Shown here: positions 35,000-48,866 of the stretch, piece after piece
Numbering within the stretch: position 1 is the first letter of the stretch
Layout of the letters: each line of letters opens with the position of its first letter
NCBI GenBank assembly: GCA_043228905.1
Contig: JBHGNT010000016.1
Location: 11,904,001 to 11,968,000 of the forward strand
Length of the DNA stretch: 64,000 bases
Reading direction: 5' to 3'
Origin: Azolla caroliniana
Taxonomy: Eukaryota; Plantae; Polypodiophyta
Notes under the pieces: generated by a model
The model's database searches: none
Told to the model about the DNA's origin: nothing
The model's input: only the letters and a program-made list of their open reading frames with translations
Program-made: the position numbers and the translations under genes

Positions 35000-35848
35000 A
35001 TTCCTCGCCAAACATGGAGTTCGGTTAACACTGACAACGACATACAATCCGGAAGCCAACGAGAAGATCGAACGAGGACACAGTCTGATCGTCAAAGCAC
35101 TTACGAAGGCATGCAATGGAAGGGTGAAGGATTGGCCGGAGATGCTTCCGTATGCACTTTGGGCGGATCGGATGACGCATAGCGCCGTAATCGGTTACAT
35201 GCTGGCAAAACTCATGACCCAACAAGCACCGGTAATGCCAACGGAAACCGCGATCACGACATGGACATTGCTACCGTGGAAGGAAGAGATGAGCCGGGAA
35301 GAACTACTAGCGGTCTGGATACGACAACTAGAGGGAAGACCGGAAGACATAGCGGAAGCAATACGCCGACAACAAGAAGCGGGATTCCAAAATAAAAGCC
35401 AGTTCAACACAAAGCACCGACTACGACCGCGGAACATTGAAGAAGGATATTGGGTGATTGTCTACGACAGTAGTTTGGATCATCAACATACAACGATGTG
35501 GAAGTTCACGAAAAGGTGGTTCGGGCCATACAAGGTTTGGAAAGTTTTCGACAACGGAACTTACCGACTATGCAAGTTGGATGGAACGATGCTACGAGTG
35601 CCTATAGCCGGCAAACAGGTTAAGATTTTCAAAAAGCGAACTGATGAAGAACCCTATGTGATCCTAGACAAGACCGACAAGGAGGAGCAGTCGGACCAAG
35701 ATCGCGGTGATGCGGAAAGCGAAGAAAGTGGATTACAACACATAGTCGAATTAAGGGGAGAATCGGAGGAAGCTTTGGATGAAGGTGAATAGCAAGCATT
35801 GGGGACTTCGACACATACTAGAGGATGTGCAGGTTCGGAGGGGGCGAG
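35000..35848 (+). pseudogene. Gypsy integrase C-terminus with PPT
   Basis: ORF 35124-35792 with GPY motif; PPT GGAGGGGGCGAG at 35837-35848. Confidence 0.88.
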
Positions 35849-36573
35849 TGTCGTAGTGTGAATCACACACTACGTGAAATATGTAAAATACTATATCTGA
35901 TTTAAAGTACATATAATAAATAAAATAAAATATTAAAAAATATTTAATATGTGCAAAGAGCAAGATTCAAACATTGTACCTCCACGTAGACAAACCCCAA
36001 CCTTACCATTGTACTAACTTATCCTTAGTGTTCTAAATATAGACTTAATATCTATAATACCTTTATTTATGCTACCTTTATTAAAAAGGTAAGTCATGCA
36101 TTTTTAGAGTACGTGAAGTGAGTACTTTATTTATAAGAAAAATGTAAACCAATAAAATCAAGGTTGAGCACTATATTTAGCAAATAAAAGCAAGGTTGAG
36201 AAAAAAAGCATCACATGCACATTTTATGTGCATGAACACTTTCAGGGAAAGTAGGAAGCCATGCTTAGCCTCTCCCATCCTTATATAAGTAGGAGAGAAA
36301 TATGTATAAGGTTGTTGATTGTTTACAAGGGTTGATTAATATAATATATTCGTGGGATTCATGAATTTGCTAACTATTTTTTCTCTCTTAATCTGAGTAC
36401 TCACTAATACTTCATGAATAATATACTCGTGGGATTCATGAGTTTTTCATATCTTTCTTTGTTACAATATATTTCATATTCTTAATTGCCTTAGAATTTT
36501 GTTTTCTCCTAGTCCAAAACCTCAGTGGTTTCCGCCCGACTCACGCAACGATCCGGAGCCAAAAGGCACGACA
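35849..36573 (+). repeat. 3' LTR of Gypsy element (same family as 6850-7564)
   Basis: TGTCGTAGTG...GGCACGACA, directly after the PPT. Confidence 0.9.
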
Positions 36574-38429
36574 ACATAGACTGTAACCAGAGACCTCTAA
36601 TGTGTTAGAGTAGCATGAAAATCAAATACAACATCTAAACATATCAACAATATCTATTTGTGTATCTTAATTAATCTTGGTGCAATAATGATTGAAGAAT
36701 AGAGTGTTCTTAGATGAATTTCAAGATATCGTTTATTCGTAAAAGAATAATTCAAAACATGCAAGTAAACCCGAACTCAAACCGAAGACTTCTAGAGTGG
36801 AAGTCTGGCGAGAACGATTTTCTTGGCTTAAGGTACATGCATAAGTTCCACTTAGTTTCACTAAATATATTCTAGTTCTATAAAGATAGATACCAATTCT
36901 TTTTCTCATTCTATATAATATATTTTGTTGTCCAAACCAAGACTCTAACCGAAGACCTCTAGTGTGTAAGACTAGCGTGATAACCAACTACATTATCTGG
37001 ACCCAATTGCAAAGATCAATTTTAAGGATTTAGATGAATTGGATAGTTTCAGTGAAGCGATGTTAAACTACATGGTTAGCACGAGTTTCAATGCATCCCA
37101 TGTGGTAGTGGCATTTAGCTCAAACAGGTGTCTAGAAAGAAACATATAGCCATAATTGACACAAGAAACGAACACGTTGATTTTATCGCCTAACGTACAT
37201 CCATGAGTTCCACTAAATATATTCTAATTCTATAAGGACTACCAATTCTTCTACTCATTCTATGTTTTTGTTGTCCAAACACGGACTCGAACCGAAGACC
37301 TCTTGTGTGTAAGACTAGCGTGATAACCAGCTACATTATCTGGACCCCATTGTGAAAACCAATTTCACGGATTCCAATGAATTTCTTACTTAGACTGATG
37401 TTATGTCCCAACTACATGGTGATCACGAGTTTCAATGTAGGCCATGTGATAGTGGCATTTAGCTCAAACATGTTGGAAACCAATAACACTATTTGACGCA
37501 CAAATGTAGACGTTGATTTTCTTGGCTATATTTTACTTTTTTGAAGACGGATACCAATTATTCTACTCATTCTATGTACCATCTTTTCTTGTCCAAATCC
37601 AAAATTGAATCGTAGACCTCTAATGTGTTAGCCTAGCATGATAACCAACTACACCATCTAGACATATTGAGAATAACTCCGAGGAGTCTTTCTAGGACTT
37701 GGACCCTACTTGTATAACTTTCATCAATTGCTGCTCTGATGGACCCAAAGCAAAGCAGAAAAGGCTCGTGTAGTAGGATCTCCCTGTCACCCGTCAAATG
37801 ATGAGGGTGATCCCGTAAATCTTGGGCCGTGAATATGTGTTATGAGGGGCTCCATCTCTCACATCTGGCCCGAAATTCATCACCTTGTGGTCGAGAAATA
37901 GTGATCCACAGACTAATCTCAATGGAAATTCCATATGTCAATTGGAAATGAATAAGTTAAAACATTATTACCTGAACCGGAGACCTCTAGTGTGTGAGAC
38001 TCACATGATAACCAACTACACCATCTAGACTGCTTTATGATTACTAATTTAATAGTTTCACATGATTTTGTTAATTAGACCAAGCGATTGGCATGTCACA
38101 CTGACATTGACATTACGACTTTGTAAGTTTGCCAAGTGGTAGTAAGATTTACCTTATAGAAGCCTTTCTGACTCCATACTATTTATAGTAAGTTTGCCAA
38201 GTGGTAGTAAGATTATTTGTCCAAACCTAGACCTAAACCAGAGACCGCTAGTGTGTGAGACTAGCGTGATAACCAACTACACCATCTGAACCCCTTTATT
38301 ATTAGTAATATTTAATCGTTTGACATGAATTTGTTAATTAGGACAAGGGATTGGCAATGTCAAACTGACATTGACATAACTACTTTGTATTTTCCAAGTG
38401 GTAGTAAGATTTTTCCAAGTGGTAGTAAT

Positions 38430-40290
38430 GTTCCTTCTCAATTGGCCCGAAGTCAGATTTGCTCCGTTCTGAGTAGGCACTGCCGAAATCGTATTCCGAG
38501 ATTTTCTTCTTCACTTTTTCTTTACGTGGGGACAACACGACCGATTCTTCATTTTGTTGGCCTAGTCAGCTGAAATGAGATCGGACTCTCTGTCTGAGCT
38601 CTGATTTCCTCATCACGCGGAGGCAACTCGGCTTGGCTGACCTCTTGTTGAGAATTTCAAATGGAGTCATGAGGTATTGGAGGTGAAGGCAAGTACCACG
38701 AAGCGGATTCGTCGAACACGACATCTCGTCTTAAGCGAAATTCCTTTGTTCGGGGGTTATAACACTTATACCCCTTCTACTCGTCTCAATAGCTGACCAA
38801 GATACACTTATAAGCTTTAGCATCTTGTTTCCTCCTCTTCTCCTTCGGCACATGTACATACACAATGCTACCGAAAATCCTCAAGCGTGCCAGGTTCGGC
38901 TTCTTTCTGAAATACAACTCGTGTGGCGACACTCCTCCATGAAGAGAGGTCTGATTCTACAAGTAAACAACCGTCCTTATGGCTTCAGCCCATTAAAACT
39001 TCGGCATATGCTTATCTTCAAGCATTGCCCTGGCAGCTTCATTGATTGTCCGATTCTTCCATTCGGCTACGCCGTTTTTCTCCGGCGTATATCTACACGA
39101 GAATTGGTCGGAGAAGTACTCCTTCCCACCATCACACCCTTGGCAGTTGATCTTACACCTAGTTTCGCTTTCCACGAGCCTCTTCACCTTCAGGAACCAC
39201 GCGAAGACTTCGCTCTTTTTCGCAATCAAGCACGGCCAGGTGTGCCGAGTGAAGTCATCGATGAAGGTTACGAAGTAACGGCTTCCACCGAACCTTACGT
39301 TTTGTGCCGGTCCCCACACATCCAAATGTATTAAGTCAAGCGGATTTGGACTACGATTACACTCGTTTGGGAACATAAGTCGGTGTTGCTTCCCTAGTCG
39401 GCAGGCTTCGCAAACTTGTCCATCCCGGCCACGAAATTTCGGCAAACCAAAAACAATGTTCTTCGTTTGAATTTCACGAAGCCGTGGGAAGTTAACGTGG
39501 CCGAACCTCTTGTGCCATAGGTCGATATCTGATTCAACCTTCTGTCCTTTCGCGAACAGCGCGGTTTCAGCTTGGTTGGTGTCGATGATGAACATCCTCC
39601 CTTCACAACACCCTTGCGTGATAACTTGGACTTCCTCTTTGATGTAGCACCCGAGGTGCTTGAATCAAACTTCAACCCCCTAGTCGATGATCTGACCGAC
39701 TGACACAAGGTTCTTGGTTATTGTCGGGATGTGCAACACGTACATGAGTTTCCCTTTATGCCCGACGTGGCTAAGGGGAACTTCGCCAACATGTTCGATG
39801 GTATGTGGAGTGTCGTCTCCCATTTCGACCACAGTGTTCATGGCTATCGAATTGGCCTTGTGGTTCATTACGAAGGCTGGGCCCGATCCATTTCTGACCC
39901 GTTCGGAGCCTTCCACATAGTGCGACCTCTTACGCCTCTTTGCATCTCTTCCGCTCTGATCTGGCTTTGTCTAAATCAGCTCTCTTCTTCCAACACTCGC
40001 TCTCCCTGTGGCCTTTCTTGCCACAGTACTAGCACTCTATCGCAGCCTTCTCTTGTCGGCTTCCGGCACCGCTATGACTCCCCTTGCTTCCGGAGGGTTC
40101 GGAAATGCTTCTGGCATTTTGATTATGCCGCACGTTCTGCTCCTTTCGACCGCCTTCATTGCGCGCCGATCTGCCTCCTCCGCCACGACGGCAGGACCTA
40201 TGTTCCTCCAAGTACAACATCCTGTTGTCGGCGTGCGTGGTCGTCGACACACCCACGTGATTTTCCTCCATGAGCAACATCGACTAAAGA
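38430..40290 (-). mobile_element. Truncated Copia internal fragment (gag end, protease region, GAG-pre-INT, integrase)
   Basis: DLWHKRFGH, CEACRLGKQ, IHLDVWGP, FIDDFTR, YTPEKNGVAE. Confidence 0.88.
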
Positions 40291-41815
40291 TCAAAGAACG
40301 AAGACGTATTTTCCCTTGTGTAGACTTCCATTCGGATGGCTACGAACTTTGACGCTAAATAAAAGACTACATCATCTAGACATACTGAGAATAACTCATA
40401 GCTTCGATCGATAAATAAAAGACTAATCTCAATGGAAATTCCACATGCCAATTCGAAAAGAATAATGTATAACGTCATTGTTGTTGTAATGGATAAGATT
40501 ATTTATCCAAACCCGGACTCAAACCGGAGACCTCTAGTGTTTGAGACTAGCGTGATAACCCACTACACCATCTGGACCACTTTATTGTTAGTAATTTAAT
40601 AGTTTCACATGAATTTGTTAATTAGACCAACCGATGGGCATGTCACACTAACATTGGTGTAACGACTTTGTATGTTTGTCAAGACGTAGTAACATTTACC
40701 TAAGTTATAGAAGTCTTTTTGACTACATACTATTTACATTGAAAAAGGTAGCACGAATGGAAGCAAGAAATGAAGAAATCCTTTTGCTTTGCTTAATATA
40801 TGTGGAGAACTTGCAGTTAGTTTAACTTAATGCTTGACTATATCGATATCATTACAATCCACCATACGTGCAAAGAACAATAGCTATAATTTTGGTCAGT
40901 CTAAATCGCACTTCTCTTGTTCAAACGTAGACTGTAACCGGAGACCTCTAATGTGTTAGAGTAGCATGAAAATCAACTAAACCATCTAAACATGTCAACG
41001 ATAGCTATCACTCTCTCTTAATTAATCTTCGTATAATAACGATTGAACAATCAATGGTTCTTAGATGAATTTCAAGATATCATTTATTCGTAAAAGAATA
41101 GTTCAAAACAAGAAAATAAACCCGTACTCAAACCGAAGACCTGTACACTAGAAATCTAACGACATAACCAACTACACTATCTAGACGCACTTGTGAAGCG
41201 TTGTAAAAAATACATGGGTATCACAAGTTTGAATGTATCCCATGTGGTAATGGAATTTAGCTCAAACAAGTCTATGAAAAGAAACATATAGCCCTAATTG
41301 ACACTAGAAATGAACACGTCGATTTCCTTGGCTTAAGGTTCATGCATGAGTTCCACTTAGTTTCACTAAATAAATTCTACTTCTATAAAAAGATAGATAC
41401 CAATTCTTCTACTCACTCTATGTAACATTTTTTGTTATCCAAACACGGACTCGAACCGAAGACCTATAGTGTGTAAGACTAGTGATAACCAACTACACTA
41501 TTTGGACACAAATTTTAAAACCAATTTCATGGATTCAAATAAATTTGTTACTATAATTGATGCCATGTCGCAACTACATTGTCATCACGAGTTTCAATGT
41601 AGCCTATGTGGTAGAGAGATTTAGCTCAAACATTTTGAATGTAGCCCATGTGGTAGAGAGATTTAGTTGATGTCAAAATCAAATAGCAGTATCTGACGCA
41701 CAAATGTACACGTTGATTCTTGGATATATTGTATTTTTCGAATTTTCTAGGCTATATTGTATTTTTGTAAAGACGGATACGAATTATTCTAGTCATTCTA
41801 TGTAGGATCTTTTCT

Positions 41816-41889
41816 TGTCCAAATCCGGACTTGAACCGGAGGCCTCTAGTGTGTTAGACTAGCGTGATAACCAACTACACCATCTAGAC
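41816..41889 (-). tRNA. tRNA-Val(AAC)-like copy, probably a pseudogene
   Basis: Cloverleaf-like, with intact anticodon arm CTAGT-CTAACAC-ACTAG and recognisable A/B boxes. Confidence 0.5.
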
Positions 41890-42011
41890 ATATTGAGAGT
41901 AACTCATAGCTTGGATCGATAAATAAAAGACTAATCTCAATGGAAATTCCACATGCCAATTCGAAAAGAATAATGTCTAACGTCATTGCTGTTGTAATGG
42001 ATAAGATTATT

Positions 42012-42085
42012 TGTCCAAACCCGGACTCGAATTGGAGCTCTCTAGTGTGTGAGACTAGTGTGATAACCAACTACACCATCTGGAC
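42012..42085 (-). tRNA. tRNA-Val(CAC)-like copy, probably a pseudogene
   Basis: Anticodon arm CTAGT-CTCACAC-ACTAG; T-arm mismatches. Confidence 0.45.
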
Positions 42086-43763
42086 CACTTTATTATTAGT
42101 AATTTAATAGTTTCACATGAATTTGTTAATTAGACCAACCGATTGGCATGTTACACTGACATTGACGTAACGACTTTGTATGTTTGTCAAGGCGTAGTAA
42201 CATTTACCTAAGTTATAGAAATCTTTCTGACTACATACTATTTAGATTGAAAAAGGTAGCACGAATGGAAGCAAGAAATGAAGAAATCCTTTTTCTTTGC
42301 TTAGTATATGTGGAGAACTTGCAGTTAGTTTAACTTAATGCTTGACTATATCGACATCGTTACAATCAACCATACGTGCAAAGAACAATAGCTATAATAT
42401 TGGTCAGTCTAAATAGCACTTCTCTTGTCCAAATGTTGAATGTAACCGGAGACCTCTAATGTGTTAGAGTATCATGAAAATCTTTTAGAAATATTGAGAA
42501 TCGTTTAGATAGGTATATAGAGTTACAACTACAGAGATGGGATATATGAAAACCAAACTTGTATTACATATGAGAGTAGCTCACAATGGTAGTTTTCCCA
42601 TGTACTCACACCTTAGAGCTTAGATAGGATATGGACCAACTCACTACAAAATTAGTGGGGACTGATAATCAAGCCAACCATTGTGAATAGAAAGTGGATT
42701 GCTTTCTATGTTTGGTCTAAGTATAACATTAAATGTGCAAGTCAGTTGATAGTAGTGGAGATATTCCTTTTCTTTCAACTGACTTGTCATTTAATATGAC
42801 GAACTCCCTAGGTATAGGCTAGTGCTAGATAGTACTTATCTTGAAGTCAATGACGCATACTTCTAGACTAAGTACATGGTAAATTGCCCAGAAAATATTC
42901 TAGTTGACTTGATTAGCCAATCCTATTACCTATTTCTCTCTTTCCTAAATACATTGTGTCCTACGCATCTATGGTTTCCTAGATTAAAACCTTATCGACC
43001 CATATGGTCGAGTTGCACACTAGTCGCTCCTCATTTGGGGTGCTATCACAAAATGTGCACTCTAAGAGCACATATCTGGATAGATTTACAACTTGGGACT
43101 GATCATTGATTATATCTAACACGCCCCCTCAATGATCAACCCATTGAGTTCACTTCGATTTGGGCCAACTCCTAGTCATCGAAGGTGTTGTTGTAATTGT
43201 TCTGCTCCAAGTGCCTTTTTGAAGATATCTGCAACATTTTTTGATGTCAGACAATACTCAAGCTCCACAATCTCATCATTTATTTGCTCCCGCACATAGT
43301 GATATTGAATCTCTATGTGTTTAGTACGTGCATGAAATACGAGGTTCTTGGCAATGGCCATGCAACTCTGATTGTCACACCTCAATACTGTTGTCGTCCT
43401 TATTGGAAATGCCACATCCGTAAGGATTCGTCTTAGCCAAACTACCTCGCATGCTGCTATGCATGTTGCTTTGTATTCTGCCTCCATTGAAGATAGTGCC
43501 ACGATTGGTTGTTTTTTACTACTTCGTTGTTTTTGAAGATAGTTTGCAATTTGACTCCATTGGAGTTGACTTCAACTTGGTGTCCATCATCCCAAACATC
43601 TTCAAGATCTCTGTTGCATACTTTCTTTGTGACATGAAGATGCCAACTGAAGTTTGCCAAACCTCAATTCCAAGGAAGTACTGGAGTCTGTCATTTCAAA
43701 CTCAGTTTTCAAACACTCTTGTGTTTGGCCAATGCACTCTTCATGGTCACCAGTAAGAACTAG

Positions 43764-44448
43764 TGTTGGGAGACAGGTCCCTCCGGATGGTGCAGGCCCG
43801 GTATGAACCGGATGAGGAGTACCCAGCTACGGAGAGCCGGATGGTGCAAGCCCGGTATGAACCGGATGAGGAGTACCCGGCTACGGAGAGCCGGATGGTG
43901 CATGCCCGGTATGAACCGGATGAGGAGTACCCGGCTACGGAGAGCCGGATGGTGCAGGCCCGGTATGAACCGGAGGAAGAGACATATTTGTAAATATGTT
44001 TCTGAGAGCCCATTGTGGCTATATTTGTAAATAGCCAAAAAGTCATATTAGTATAAATATGACTTAGGGCAAAATTTTAGTAACTGTTGTTGTTACTTTT
44101 CTTGTTGGTGCAAGAAGAAGAGAGAGCACGTAATAGTGTACAGAGAGAGAGAGAGAGAGAAAGAGGTCGTTGCCTCTGTTGTAACCGCCGCCTGTGGCGA
44201 AGAGCGTGAGTCCGAGGTCGTTGCCTCCGAGAACTCACTGTTTTGTACATTCATACATAGTGACAGTTTGCAGCCTGTGGGCTGCCGTGGTTTTTCCCCT
44301 AGTTTGGGATTTTCCACGTAAACCTCCTGTGTAGTGTGTGTGTATCTTTCTCTCCTTTGTATCGTGTTTTATTTCCCGTATTTCTGTGTATGAAAAGAAT
44401 CTCGGTTGTGGCCGAGCGTTGGACATAAGGAGCCTTGAGTTCCCGTCA
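43764..44448 (+). mobile_element. Solo LTR nested in the Copia RT
   Basis: TG...CA ends; TSD ACTAG (43759-43763, 44449-44453); interrupts YMDDLV|LTGD; TATA at ~44052. Confidence 0.88.
43783..43975. repeat. 54-bp tandem repeat (~3.6 copies) in the solo LTR
   Basis: CCGGATGGTGCAGGCCCGGTATGAACCGGATGAGGAGTACCCGGCTACGGAGAG units. Confidence 0.9.
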
Positions 44449-47400
44449 ACTAGGTCATCCATGTAAATGATGATGATGACTTGTTTCCCGTCCTTCATTT
44501 TGACATACATACTTGCATCCGAAGCACATTGCTTAAAGTCGATTGATCGTAAGAAGTTGTCTATCCTCTTGTTCCAAACTCTTGGTGCTTGCTTTAGACC
44601 ATACAACGCCTTCTTCAGCTTGCATACTTTGTTTTTTGAATTCGGCATCTCAAACCCTGGTGGTTGCATCACGTATACCTCCTCCTTGAGATGCCCATTC
44701 AGAAATGCCAATTTGACATCCATTTCGTAAATCGGCCATCCTCTTGAAGCGGCCAACGCTATGACCATTCGAATTGTTGTCATGCGAGCTGTCGGGGCAA
44801 ATGTTTCTTGTACACCGAACCCTTCAATTTGGGAGTATCTTGGGCTACTAGTCTAGCCTTGAATTTATCCAAAGAGCCATGTACTTTATACTTTACTTTC
44901 CACACCCACTTCGTGCTGATCACCTTCTTCTTTGTTGGCCTCTGTACCAACTCCCATGTGTCATTTTTCATGATGCTATCATATTCTGATATCATCACCT
45001 CTTTCCACTTCGGGTTGGCCATGGCTTCCTCCACCGAGGTCGGCTCACTCACTGAGCCGATGATGTCCACCATCAGAGCCATGTTGACAATGTGGTCAAA
45101 GGTTCTCCCTTGCTCCTGTATTCTTCTTGATCTTTGTGATCCATCGATTGAAGTTTCAGGAAACTCAACTTTAGGAGTACGGTCATTGAAGAGTTGTTGA
45201 GCCCACTTAGGTATTTTCTTTACATGTGGAACTGACATAGGCTAAACTAGTGAGCCATTACCATCAGATGGTTCAGCTTCCTTTTCTGGACAATGGGTCG
45301 GGATTGGGTAAAATACCTCTTCAGTTGACGAGATAACTTGAGAATCGTTGTTCTCAGCTAGGTATGGTTGTTCTTCATCAAACACCACATTGCGGCTTCT
45401 CAATATCTTTCGTGTCTCTAGATCGTAGAGTCGATAGGCCTTTGACTCTTCACTATATCCGAGAAAGATACACTTCTTGATTTTAGCATCCAACTTCTTT
45501 CTGCTCAAATCTGGAACAAGTGCGTAGTACGTACACCCAAAGGTTTTGAAGAGCATCACTAAAGCTTTCTTGCCTGAATAAGCTTCGTGGGGTGTTTTCC
45601 CTTGAAGTGCCTTCGTGTAGCTCCGATTGAGGATGTAAATTGTTGTATTCACTGCTTCAGCCCAGAATGGGTCAGGTAGTGCTTGTGCCTTCAACATACA
45701 ACTAGCCATCTCGACAATTGTTCGGTTTTGACATTTGACAACACCATTTTTTTGTGGGGTGTAGGCATTTGTAAGTTGGCGCTTTATTCCATGCTCTTTG
45801 CAATACTCACAGAATTCTATTGATAAGAATTCTCCACCTCGATCAGAGCGTAACTCCTTCACTAACTTTCCGGACTCTCGCTCAACAAACTTATGCCATC
45901 TTTTGAAGATTTTAAAAGCTTCAGCCTTCTCCCAAAGGAAGTAAACTCACATTTTTCTACTGAAGTCGTCACCTAGCAGCATATAGTAGAGAGATCCACC
46001 CATTGCAGGAGTCACCATTTTTCCAGAGAGGTCGATGTGTATTAGCTATAAAGAGGTCTTTGTCCGATTTTGCCTCTCTTTTGGAATAGTTGATCTTTGA
46101 TGCTAGCCCATCATACAAGCATCACAAACACGACGTAAGTCAGATAGGGTTGGCAACCCGACTACCATATTCGACTTCTTCATCTCATTCAACACAACAA
46201 CATTGAGATGCCCAAATCTCTCATGTCATTGCTTTGTGTTAGTACTTGTGTTGTGGTCAATAGAAATGGTAAGTGCGCTCAGCTCATAGAGATTGTTGCG
46301 CCTTATCCCTATTCCTACAACCTTGCCAATAGAATCTATTATTTCTGCACCCGACTTCTTGAATCGAACATCAGGACCCTTGTCGGTCAGTGCAAAAATG
46401 GACAATAGATTCTTCTTGAGATCTGGCACGTACAACACTTGAGAGAGATGCTTTGTCCCACCGGTCGTTGCTTTGAGGGAGACGGTTCCGGTTCCTTTGG
46501 CTGGACATCGAGCATTGTTCCCGACCACAACATGGATGGGCTCTTGTAGAGGTGTCCAAGAGCTATACCAGTCACGATTACTGATCATATGTCGAGATGC
46601 TCCACTATCAAGAATCCAAGAGTCATCGACAACTCGGGTGTCAACTGAATAACACACTTCTTCAATTGCGACCCATAACTCAAGCTCATCTACGATGTTG
46701 TTGGCGACTCGGGCTCTCTCCAAGAGGTCTTACTAGAACCATTCTTCTGGTCCGCCATCATCTTCCGACAATCCTTGATTGTGTGACCATTCTTGTCACA
46801 ATAGAAACACGATCCATTAAACTTCTTCTTTTGTATCCTATTCGCATTGTTTGAAATGGATGCCCCTTTACCCTTAGTTCTAGAGACAAATGTCGAATCT
46901 TCCCTTCCTTCTCTTGTCTTCAGCCGAAGCTCCTGTTCAAGCAATATCACACTTAGTTCATCAAAATTTAAAGGAGTTGGTCAAACCTGAGTGTTCAATG
47001 CTATCACAATGCCATCATACTTGAAAAGAAGTACTCGAATGCACCAATGAGCCATATCCTCCTGAGAGACGACTACTCCAACAACCGCCAGCTGATCTTG
47101 AAGATCCATAATCCTTTTTATAAAGGATTCTACTTTCTCTCCGTCAGCAAGTTTCTCTGCAGCAAGCTAATTTTCAAGGTTTTGTATCCTTATATAGTTT
47201 CTGGTCTCCTATTGGTTGGCCAATATGCTCCAAGCTTCATGTGCCTTGGTTGTATGTTGCACTAATGTTAGTACAAAGTCATATACACCAGTGACTATGG
47301 TACACAATGCATCCGCATTCCTTCTCTTCCAGGCTCAAAGTAGATCAGCATTTGGAAGCATTGATGTGGTAGGGTGTGCAGGGTCAAAGGTCATCATGGG

Positions 47401-47576
47401 CTCAGGGACTCCTCCTGTGGGTCCCATGATTGTCTCCAACAACTCGTAGGAGTCCAAAATGGCAAACATTTTGAACTTCCATAGAGTGTAGTTGGTTCCA
47501 TCTAGCTTTACATCAGACAATGGAGGTGGGCGAATGTGTAGTGGAGCAGCTGCAACACTCGTGGACAACGCCATTG

Positions 47577-47617
<41 letters not shown>

Positions 47618-48792
47618 ATTTCTCTGTGTTTCCAGACAGCAACTGCCCATATATACCTAATCTAGATCAACCTCTCAACTTTGATACCATGTTACAAATA
47701 TTGAGAATCGTTTAGATAGGTATATAGAGTGACAACTACAGAGATGGGATATATGAAAACAAAACTCCTATTACATATGAGAGTAGCTCACAATGGTAGT
47801 TTTCCCATGCACTCACACCATAGAGCTTAGATAGGATATGGACCAACTCACTACAAAATTAGTGGGGACTAATAATCAAGCCAACCACTGTGAAAAGAAA
47901 ATGGATTGATTTCTATGTTTGGTCTAAGTATAACATTAAATGTGCAAGTCAGTTGATAGTAGTGGAGATATTCCTTTTCTGTCAACTGACTTATCATTTA
48001 ATATGACCAACTCCCTAGGTACAGGTTAGTGCTAGATAGTACTCATATTGAAGTCAATGACCAAATTTCAAGACTAAGTAAATCCAACTTGCCCACAAAA
48101 TATTCTAGTTGACTTGATTAGCCAATCCTATTACCTATTTCTCTCGTTCCTAAATACATTGTGTCCTACCCATCTATGGTTTCCTAGATGAAAACCTTAT
48201 CGACCCATATGGTCGAGTTGCACACTAGCCGCTCCTCATTTGGGGTGCTAACAAAAAATGTGCACTCTAAGAGCACATATGGGGATAGATTTACAACTTG
48301 GGGCTGATCATTGATTATATCTCACAAAATCAACTACACCATCAATACATATCAACGATATCTATTTTTCTCTCTTAATTAATCTTAGTGCAATAACAAT
48401 TGAACAATAGATGGTTCTTACATGAATTTCAAGATATCATTTATTCGTAAAAGAATAGTTCAAAACATACAAATAAACCTGAACTCAAACCGAAGACCTT
48501 TACATTGGAAGTATATCGACATAACATACTACACTATCTAGACGCAATTGTGAAGCAATGTCAGAACTACATGGGTATCACAAGTTTTAATGTATCCCAT
48601 GTGGTAGTGGCATTTAGCTCAAACAAGTCTATAGAAAGAAACATATAGCAGTACTTGACACTCGAAATGAACACGTCAATTTTCTTGGCTTAAGGTACAT
48701 GCATCAGTTCCACTGAGTTTTACTCAATATACTCTACTTCTATAAAAAGAAAGATAGCAATTCTTCTACTCATTCTATGTAACATTTTTTGT

Positions 48793-48866
48793 TGTCCAAA
48801 CACGGACTCGAACCGAAGACCTCTAGTGTGTAAGACTAGCGTGATAACCAACTACACTATTTGGAC
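48793..48866 (-). tRNA. tRNA-Val(TAC)-like copy, among the best preserved
   Basis: Perfect acceptor stem GTCCAAA/TTTGGAC, perfect anticodon stem, GGTTCGAGTCC B-box; one T-stem mismatch and no adjacent oligo-T terminator. Confidence 0.5.

Larger units (their letters stand above)
21527..35655 (+). repeat. Direct duplicate of 7707-21426
   Basis: ORF translations are identical, offset by 13820 before the palindrome array and 14229 after it; the 409-bp difference equals 8 array units. Confidence 0.95.
42483..48326 (-). mobile_element. Full-length degenerate Copia LTR retrotransposon
   Basis: LTRs 42483-43121 and 47690-48326; TSD AAATC (42478-42482, 48327-48331); iMet-type PBS TGGTATCAAAG (47679-47689); PPT at ~43123; gag (KLDGTNYTLWK, CFYCDKNGH), protease WILDSGAS, INT RSDRGGEF, RT, RNase H. 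Inserted within a tRNA-Val-like copy. Confidence 0.93.

Noticed and set aside
6850-36573. Single element bounded by the two related LTRs, or a giant TIR element
   Set aside because: The LTRs are inverted and diverged, the integrase segments overlap (two separate copies), and there is no shared TSD.
43747-44046. Repetitive ORFs on both strands
   Set aside because: Products of the 54-bp tandem repeat in a solo LTR.
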